From: Desulfarculaceae bacterium
Lineage (GTDB): Bacteria; Desulfobacterota; Desulfocorpusculales; Desulfocorpusculum
Assembly: GCA_037443445.1 (NCBI GenBank)
Contig: JBBIOJ010000001.1
Span: 183,796 to 247,795 of the forward strand
Reading direction: 5' to 3'
DNA length: 64,000 nt
Within the stretch, counting starts at the first letter, position 1. Each line of letters starts with the position of its first letter. Under the pieces are notes generated by a model, which was not told the origin of the DNA, ran no database searches, and worked only from the letters and a program-made list of their open reading frames with translations. Shown piece after piece: positions 57,812 through 64,000 of this stretch. A program made the position numbers and the translations under genes.

Positions 57812-58078
57812 AGCTTTCCCTGCCAGGAGCCCTTGGGGCCCTCTCCTTACCCTGGGGAGGAGCGAGCCGGGGCCTCAATCTCCTGGAGGGCGCCTCATAC
57901 CCGATCCCCCAAAAACCATTGGCAGGAAACCCAGAAGACTTGGGCAATTCAGGCAAGCCTGCCGATTCTTTGACTGCATCAGCTAAGCTGCAGGCCGCCT
58001 CAAGGTCTGAGGATTTGCCCCCCGAGAGCTCCTCTGAGTATCATAGGGGAAACTTCCCACTCACGGAGACGTGTTGCC

Positions 58079-59020
58079 ATGGAGGTGCAATCGCTGGCTG
58101 AGTTTGCTGGGATAAGGAAGATCAAGTTGTTCCTGGCTCTTTCCAGGACCCCTCATGGGCTCCTGGACATGGCCAGCCCGGCCCTGGGAGCGCTACTGGC
58201 CCTGGGCTCTTTTCCCCCGGGTCGGGTCATCCTTCTGGGACTGCTCACCGCCTTTGCCGGCTACACTGCCGTGTACGCCCTGAACGATCTTGTGGACTAC
58301 AGAAGCGACATAGAGAAGCTGGGCAGAATGAGGAAGGCCCCAGGGGGGTGCAGAGACGTGGATGCGGTCTTCATGAGACACCCCATGGCCCAGGGCTTGA
58401 TCTCGGTGCCCCAGGCCGTGGCCTGGACCTCGGGATGGGCTATGGTGGCAGCTCTGGGGGCTTATTCCCTGAGGCCCGTGTGTGCCGCTGTTTTCCTGGC
58501 TGCCTGCTGTCTGGAGGCCGTGTATTGCGCCATGTTGAAGGTGAGCTACCTCCGTACCCTTGTGAGCGGCTTGGTGAAAACTTCGGGCGCCTTGGCCGCT
58601 GTGCTGGCAGTGGATCCGGAGCCTGAGCCTTTTTTTGTGGCTCACCTTTTCACCTGGCTTTTCCTTTGGGAAATAGGGGGGCAGAATGTTCCCAACGACT
58701 GGTCTGACCTGCAAGAGGACGAATCCCTCAGGGCCAGGACCCTCCCGGTGGAGTTGGGTCCGAAGAAGGCTGCCTGGGTGGTCATGCTCTCCTTGTGCCT
58801 TTCCACGTTGCTGGGAGTCTGGCTTTACTGGAGCACGCCCTGGAAGCTCAGCCCTGTTTTCCCCTTGGGGGCCATGGGGGCAGGGTGGTTCTTGCTGGTT
58901 AGGCCCTCAGCCAGGCTCTTCAAGGAACGCAGCCTGGAGGCTGCAGGCCGTCTTTTCAATAGGGCCAGCTACTATCCCCTGGCCATCTTGGCATCCATGC
59001 TTGGGGCAATGATCTATTGA
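58079..59020 (+). CDS. UbiA-family membrane prenyltransferase
   Basis: Asp-rich YALNDLVDYRSD and NDWSDLQED..RARTLP motifs; about 8 TMs. Confidence 0.88.
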   Translation: MEVQSLAEFAGIRKIKLFLALSRTPHGLLDMASPALGALLALGSFPPGRVILLGLLTAFAGYTAVYALNDLVDYRSDIEKLGRMRKAPGGCRDVDAVFMRHPMAQGLISVPQAVAWTSGWAMVAALGAYSLRPVCAAVFLAACCLEAVYCAMLKVSYLRTLVSGLVKTSGALAAVLAVDPEPEPFFVAHLFTWLFLWEIGGQNVPNDWSDLQEDESLRARTLPVELGPKKAAWVVMLSLCLSTLLGVWLYWSTPWKLSPVFPLGAMGAGWFLLVRPSARLFKERSLEAAGRLFNRASYYPLAILASMLGAMIY

Positions 59021-59047
59021 TCTAAATTCACTTCTCAGGCCAGAGCC

Positions 59048-59656
59048 TCAGGTCTGCCCAACTGGACGCTGGGCCACCCCCAAGATCCCCAACAAGGGAT
59101 GCTCCAGGGCCCTCTGGAGCACCAGACCGCTGGCCCCGAGGGCTTCACGCCAAGAGCCTTCCTCAAAGCGGTCCTCTTGGGGGTGAAGCAGGATCCTCCT
59201 TGTCAGGAAATTGGCGTACAAGGCCGGGTAGAGTTCCTCCAGGAAATAAAAGCCTCCGGGTCTCAGCACCCTGGCCACCTCTTGCAGGGCCACCCTCCAG
59301 GGGCCAACGTGGTGCATGACGCCGAAGCCGAAGACTGCATCAAAGCTCCCTGAAGCATAGGGAAGGTGCGCGGCATCCGCCACAGCCAGCCTTACCCCGG
59401 GGCGTCTTCCCGGACCGGGATACCTCCAGCACCTCCTGAGCATGGAGAGATCCAGGTCAGTGAGGTGGATGCTGCCCGGGGCGAATTCCCCCAGGAGCTG
59501 CCTGGCTCCGGCCCCGCGGCCGCCGCCGATTTCCAGGACCAGGGCCCCCTTGGGGAAATCCTTTGCTGTGCGCCGCATCCACCTTATCTCCCAGGCCTGT
59601 TGGATCACCCGCAGGGGATTGTTAACTGCCCAGCGCTCGGCCCAGTTCAGTTTCAT
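59048..59656 (-). CDS. Class I SAM-dependent methyltransferase
   Basis: VLEIGGGRG, D....M, ADAAHLPY..SFDAV, HHV, RVLRPGG; ATGA overlap with ubiE. Confidence 0.85.
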   Translation of the reverse strand: MKLNWAERWAVNNPLRVIQQAWEIRWMRRTAKDFPKGALVLEIGGGRGAGARQLLGEFAPGSIHLTDLDLSMLRRCWRYPGPGRRPGVRLAVADAAHLPYASGSFDAVFGFGVMHHVGPWRVALQEVARVLRPGGFYFLEELYPALYANFLTRRILLHPQEDRFEEGSWREALGASGLVLQRALEHPLLGILGVAQRPVGQT

Positions 59657-60471
59657 CCGGGTTTTTTCCCCATGTGGATCACGGCTATCCCATCTGTGAG
59701 CCTCCTGTAGCGGACCCCTTGGAAGCCGATTTCCTCCAAGAGGCCTGCCAGCTCCTGGGGCCCTGGGAATACCCTGATGGATTCCGGAAGATAGGTGTAG
59801 GCCTGCCTCGAGCCCGCAAGAAGCCTGCCCAGGCCCGGCATCACGTGAAAGGAATAGAAATCGTAAAGCCTCCTGAACCAGGCTGTGCAAGGAGTGGAGA
59901 ACTCCAGACAGACCATTGTGCCCCCTGCTCTGAGCACCCTGAACAACTCCCTGAAGCCCTCCTCCATCCTGCTGAGGTTCCTGATGCCGAAGGCCACGAT
60001 GGCCGCGTCAAAGACTCCTTGCCTTGCAGCCAGCTGCTCCGCGTCCCCTTGCACCATGCTAACCACCTTGGTTTGCCCTGCCCTGGTCAACTTCCTCCTG
60101 CCTTGCTCCATCATTGCAAGGTTCATGTCGTAAAGTACCACCAGGCCCCGGGGCCCCACCTCTTTGGCTGCCAGAAGTGCCATGTCACCGGTCCCGCCGC
60201 AGAGGTCCAAGACCCTGTGGCCTGGCCTGAGCCCCAAGGCCTTTATGGCCCTTTTTTTCCACAACAGGTGGGCCCCAAGGCTCAAGAGGGTGTTCATGAA
60301 ATCGTACTTGCGGGCCACTTTGTCAAAGTGAAGCGAAACCAGCTTCCTTTTTTCGGGCAAGCTCACGAGCCTGTAGCCGAAGTGCACCTTGGCCTCCTCT
60401 TCCCTGCTCTCCCGAACATGAGCTTGCGGCTCCTCTGCCCTGCCTTGCTCCGGATCCTTCACTGGGGCCAT
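59653..60471 (-). CDS. ubiE: UbiE/MenG-family quinone C-methyltransferase
   Basis: F..VA.KYD.MN..LS.G.H..WK, LDLCGGTGD, GDAE.L, AFGIRN, RVL..GG...CLEFS, Y.YL.ESI..FP. Confidence 0.9.
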   Translation of the reverse strand: MAPVKDPEQGRAEEPQAHVRESREEEAKVHFGYRLVSLPEKRKLVSLHFDKVARKYDFMNTLLSLGAHLLWKKRAIKALGLRPGHRVLDLCGGTGDMALLAAKEVGPRGLVVLYDMNLAMMEQGRRKLTRAGQTKVVSMVQGDAEQLAARQGVFDAAIVAFGIRNLSRMEEGFRELFRVLRAGGTMVCLEFSTPCTAWFRRLYDFYSFHVMPGLGRLLAGSRQAYTYLPESIRVFPGPQELAGLLEEIGFQGVRYRRLTDGIAVIHMGKKPG

Positions 60472-61301
60472 CCCACCTCCTCCAGGATCGGCCTCAGGTA
60501 TGCCAATCCCTTGCTGCCGGCCTCATCGGGCATGTCCACGTACGGGTAGAGCTCCAGACTCATGTCTCCCTTGTAACCCAGTTTGGCTGCCCTTCGAATC
60601 AGGGACCTCAGGTCCATGGCGCCAAGACCAGGGATCATGTGCCTGTGTTCCCTGCTGGAGCCTATGTCCTCCAGGTGCATGTGGCCTATCCATGCGAAGA
60701 GCTCTTCCATGGCCTCCACAGGATCCTGCCCCACGCAGAAGAAGTGCCCTGCATCGAAATTAAGACCCACCATGGTGGAGGAGACCGACCGGATGAACTG
60801 CCTGAACTGGCGGGTGTTCTCCAGCAGAAGCCCTGGCTCCGGCTCCACCAGCAGGCGCACTCCCAGCTCTTCGGCCAAAAACACCACTTCCTCCACACCC
60901 TGGAGGAAGAGCCGCATGGCCTGGCCTCGGCCCATGCCCTTGAGGGGCCCGCCGGGGGGCACCGAGATGTTGGGACACCCGAGGGCTGCGGCTGCCCGCA
61001 AGGAGGCCTTGGTATGCTCTATCCTGATGCGCCTCAAAGAAGCATCGGTCTCGATCCAGGAAGGCAGGTACGTGTCCCCCACTGCAAAAAGGGTGAAACT
61101 GTTGAGGTTGGTCACCTTAAGATTCTTCTCTTGCAGGAGCTGCCTGAGCCTGGCCAGTTCTTCTTCCGCGAAATCAGGGGGGTAAAGGTGGGGCCTGTCC
61201 CCCATGATCTCTATACCCCGGAAGCCCAGCTGGCTTATCCGCCTGACAGCCTCCCAAATATTAAAGCGGGTGTATGCGTTGGTGCTATAACCCAGTATCA
61301 C
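60459..61301 (-). CDS. Sugar-phosphate isomerase/epimerase (xylose-isomerase-like TIM barrel, IolE/AP-endonuclease-2 clan)
   Basis: GF.GIE, LLVEPEPG, NFDAGH, HMHLED...R.H...PG.G.MD, E(LY). Confidence 0.85.
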   Translation of the reverse strand: MILGYSTNAYTRFNIWEAVRRISQLGFRGIEIMGDRPHLYPPDFAEEELARLRQLLQEKNLKVTNLNSFTLFAVGDTYLPSWIETDASLRRIRIEHTKASLRAAAALGCPNISVPPGGPLKGMGRGQAMRLFLQGVEEVVFLAEELGVRLLVEPEPGLLLENTRQFRQFIRSVSSTMVGLNFDAGHFFCVGQDPVEAMEELFAWIGHMHLEDIGSSREHRHMIPGLGAMDLRSLIRRAAKLGYKGDMSLELYPYVDMPDEAGSKGLAYLRPILEEVGWPQ

Positions 61302-62463
61302 CCAAGTCTCCTTCCATGCCCAATTGCCTCTCCAAGCGCCTAAGGGCCGTTAATTGTTCCTCAAAGGTCTTGGGGGCCCCCTCGCCCAGAGGTCTCTTGA
61401 AATAAAAACCCAGCTCCGGGATCAGACCCGACCTGCCTAGCCTCTTGAGACACACCATCCAGCCTGCCAGGTCCAGCACCAGGGGAGCTGCCAGGATGGA
61501 GTCCCTTGCCATGAGGTTGACCCTGAGGCTCATGGGCAGATCAAAGACTCCCGAAAAATCAACCACGTCCCAGGCTTCCTTGGCGTCCCCCCTGGGGGGG
61601 TAGTATGCAATGTGCACCCCGTGGCTGGATTCTCCCGGGGCCTGCCCCACAGGGTAGCCCAGCACTTCCTCCAGGACCTGTGTCTTGTTGGCCAGCTTGG
61701 AAGCTGCCCTGGAAGGATCCGAGAGGTTCTTGCCGTCCTGGTTCCCCAGGATGTTGAGGCTGTACCAGCCCATCACCTTGAGCTTCCTGACCTTGAGGGC
61801 AGAGGCCAGAACCACCTTGAAAAAAGTCTGGCCTGTTTTCCCGTCCCTCCCGCACATGGGCACCCCTGTTCGGGAAGCTTCCTGCAGGAGCAAGGGGTGT
61901 TCCACCTGGTTGGAGGTGAAGTTCACAAAGGGCACCCCGCAGCGAAGGGCAGCTGCTGCGTAGGCCAGATCCGCGGGGAGCTCGCCGTTGCCCCTGGCCA
62001 GCAGCTCCTCCAGAGACCCACAGTTGAAAAAACCAGGAGTTGCCGAGGCTGGAAGCAGGTCCACCATCACGGCGGTTGCTCCGGGATGCTCTGCAAGCAG
62101 TTCCATTATCTGGGAGCTCAGCACCTCGGTTTGCTCCAGGAGAGGCCCCTGGGGAGCCCTGAGCACCTTCATGCCCTTCAAGTGCTCCTGGAGGGGCAGC
62201 CACTGCCTTTCAGTGAGCACCTTGTTGATTCTGAGTGCTTCCAACAGGCTTTCTTCCCTGGAGTCCCAACCTGCGAAGCTCATGCACATGCTTCCCAAGG
62301 CTCCAAGAAGGCTCTCCGAGATGGTCAGCCAGGGAAGAACCTCTGCGGGATTCTTCCAGAAGGCCGCCACCAGCGCTGCTACTGTGCTGCCCACAGCCCC
62401 CTTGGCCCCTGCCGCCAGCAGGAGGATAGGGGTTCCTGGGGTCTCTTTCCCCTTGCCGTGCAT
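61285..62463 (-). CDS. ino1: myo-inositol-1(3)-phosphate synthase family protein
   Basis: GAKGAVGST Rossmann variant, FAGWD, YAAAAL..GVPFVNFT, GRDGKTGQT..K, NILGN.DG..L.DP....SK, ARDSILAAPLVLDL, FYFK.P. Confidence 0.85.
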   Translation of the reverse strand: MHGKGKETPGTPILLLAAGAKGAVGSTVAALVAAFWKNPAEVLPWLTISESLLGALGSMCMSFAGWDSREESLLEALRINKVLTERQWLPLQEHLKGMKVLRAPQGPLLEQTEVLSSQIMELLAEHPGATAVMVDLLPASATPGFFNCGSLEELLARGNGELPADLAYAAAALRCGVPFVNFTSNQVEHPLLLQEASRTGVPMCGRDGKTGQTFFKVVLASALKVRKLKVMGWYSLNILGNQDGKNLSDPSRAASKLANKTQVLEEVLGYPVGQAPGESSHGVHIAYYPPRGDAKEAWDVVDFSGVFDLPMSLRVNLMARDSILAAPLVLDLAGWMVCLKRLGRSGLIPELGFYFKRPLGEGAPKTFEEQLTALRRLERQLGMEGDLGDTGL

Positions 62464-62467
62464 GTTT

Positions 62468-63742
62468 TCAGAACTCCTTGTGGAAGAGCGCCACCCGGTT
62501 GCTGTTGGTCCCCTTCTTGAGGTTCTCAACGCCCCAGATGTTGGAGGTCTTGGTGAAACTCTGCAGGTTCACAACCACTCCCACGCACTGGAAGCCGGCC
62601 TGCAGGCCCAGGGGCACTATTTCCTCGTCCAGGTTCAAGGAGCCGCCCCTGACCTCCCCCACTTCAAAAGCCACCCAGCCCCCGGGCCTGGTGAGCCTGT
62701 GGAGCTCCTTGAGGGTTTCTCCCATGACCCCGCACCACCTAAAAAGGCTCGAAGTCTGGGTGATGGAGGCCTCCACCCGCTTCTGGTCTATTCCATTGAA
62801 CCAGCACCTGAGCCAATTGTCATCCCCGTATTGCACCACGTCCAAGAAAGGCGGGGAGGTCACGGTGAGCTGCACCGAGTCAGAGGCCACCTCGGGGGTG
62901 CACCTGGCGTCCCTGCACAGGAAAAGGGCCCCTTCCCCGGCCTTTCGAAGGGCCTGGATCTGCCGCTGGCTCATTCTACCCAGGAGGCGGCGGCTCTTGG
63001 TGAGGATTATCTCCCTGGTGTTCCTGTACGGGGGAACCTGGCCCAGCCTAAGGTTTATCTCCTTCTGCCTCTGTGGGGATACGGCCTGGTTGGGCGGAAG
63101 AGTATACACCGAAAAGAAGCCCTTGGAATGCCCGGTGAGGCGGTTTGTGGCCACCATCCTGATCCACCTGTCCACATCATCCTCCTCCCCGGAGGCCTTC
63201 CTGTGCATCAGGTACTGGCGCAAGGATACGATTTCTGCCTCTGTCCTGGGATGGAAAAACATGCTCAGGTCCAGATCGGCCCTGGCCCCCTCCTGTATGG
63301 TTATTTCCCCCAGCCTGCGGGCCACGTCCTTGAGCTCGGGTACCTTCAGGCGAGGCATGGTAAGGATCTGGCTCAGGGGGTTTATGTCGTTGGATATCAC
63401 CTGCCTTGCGCAAAGGGCTGTCTCCACCGCAGTGGTGCCCCTGCCCGAGAAGGGATCGTAGACCACCTGGCCGGGCAGTGAGAGCAACTCTATGAAGAAA
63501 CGAGGCAGCTGGGGTTTGAAACAGGCCCTGTAGGATATCTCGTGGATGGAAGCGGCCTGCCTCTGCTTGGAGGACCAAAACTCGTTCACATACCTTGGGA
63601 TCTGTACCGAGCCCACATTGAAGCTCTCCACCTTGGTGACCGCTCCAACGGCAGGGAAAAGGCTTGTGCGGCAAGCCGCGGAGTAGCTCTCCAGGTAGGA
63701 CCTCAGCCTCTCCCCACTGGGAGGCTGGTGAAAAAAAACCAT
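62468..63742 (-). CDS. Orphan DNA amino-methyltransferase (N4-C/N6-A, alpha-type motif order)
   Basis: YDPFSGRGTT (motif I), NDINP, later LTVTSPPF (motif IV); no adjacent endonuclease in the window. Confidence 0.75.
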   Translation of the reverse strand: MVFFHQPPSGERLRSYLESYSAACRTSLFPAVGAVTKVESFNVGSVQIPRYVNEFWSSKQRQAASIHEISYRACFKPQLPRFFIELLSLPGQVVYDPFSGRGTTAVETALCARQVISNDINPLSQILTMPRLKVPELKDVARRLGEITIQEGARADLDLSMFFHPRTEAEIVSLRQYLMHRKASGEEDDVDRWIRMVATNRLTGHSKGFFSVYTLPPNQAVSPQRQKEINLRLGQVPPYRNTREIILTKSRRLLGRMSQRQIQALRKAGEGALFLCRDARCTPEVASDSVQLTVTSPPFLDVVQYGDDNWLRCWFNGIDQKRVEASITQTSSLFRWCGVMGETLKELHRLTRPGGWVAFEVGEVRGGSLNLDEEIVPLGLQAGFQCVGVVVNLQSFTKTSNIWGVENLKKGTNSNRVALFHKEF

Positions 63743-63795
63743 AGGTCACTCTCCTAGCCAATAACATATGGGAATTACTAGATAATCAGTTCAAT

Positions 63796-63831
63796 AGTAT
63801 AGGTTTTCCTTGCCTTCAAGTCAAGGCAAGG
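63796..63831 (-). promoter_or_regulatory. sigma70 promoter for the MTase-ino1 operon with a 9-bp inverted repeat over the -35 box
   Basis: TTGACT(63824-63819)-17 bp-TATACT(63801-63796); IR CCTTGCCTT(63808-63816)/AAGGCAAGG(63823-63831). Confidence 0.6.
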
Positions 63832-64000
63832 GGTTTCCAAGGGCAGGAGCCCGGCCTTGCCTGACCAAGGGGCCGATCTGCAGGATTCAGTGTGGAGCCG
63901 GCTCCAAGCTTGATCTTCTGCGGCCTCTTGAGATACTGTGCTCCAATGAGGGTCATTACGGAAGAGGCCCCCCCGGGAGCCTCGGGCAGTTTCCCCTTGT

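Noticed and set aside
14228-62463. Mycothiol-like thiol pathway assembled from ino1, the PIG-L deacetylase (MshB-like), the CysRS paralog (MshC-like) and the GNAT-like protein (MshD-like)
   Set aside because: MshC keeps HIGH/KMSKS and lacks the anticodon domain, whereas this paralog shows the opposite pattern. No GT4 MshA is present and the genes are scattered over 48 kb.
521-63481. Long alternative-frame ORFs in the track (e.g. 521-1567+, 1593-2825+, 30275-31303-, 44331-45737-, 61988-63481+)
   Set aside because: They are antisense shadows of well-supported genes, expected at high GC, and have no recognisable motifs.

Overview
A gene-dense, GC-rich, mostly chromosomal window, probably from an anaerobic Desulfobacterota/deltaproteobacterium and possibly a thermophile. 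This taxonomy is inferred from IorAB, an FrhB-like protein, a Tat-exported DUF362 protein, alaC-hom-apgM synteny and TtuA/TtuB. I found no rRNA, tRNA, CRISPR array, transposase or prophage. Housekeeping content: tkt, fabH, purM, rpmB, cysS, xseB-ispA-dxs-tlyA, hom/alaC and a LIV-type ABC transporter. The most unusual element is a 774-aa fusion of an intact PLP cysteine synthase with a CysRS-like module. That module has lost its ATP-binding motifs (HIGH->DLEF, KMSKS->KSVSG, GGxDL->SGRAL) but keeps the Zn/cysteine ligands and the anticodon-binding residues, while a canonical cysS lies 13 kb away. The fusion heads a same-strand, mostly overlapping run: GT-C membrane protein, GT2, heparinase/lyase-like protein, flippase-like protein, ThiS/TtuB sulfur carrier and TtuA. 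Other points of interest are: UDP-sulfoquinovose synthase in a polysaccharide-type context; a loop-deleted (CC-adding-type) tRNA nucleotidyltransferase; an IOR/FrhB/Usp/GNAT-like/ADP-forming ligase catabolic run; an ebo-like inositol-phosphate synthase/TIM-barrel/UbiA/methyltransferase cluster led by an orphan DNA methyltransferase; GTAG-type REP doublets; and a sigma54 promoter with a candidate enhancer. All calls come from reading motifs by eye; no database searches were run.
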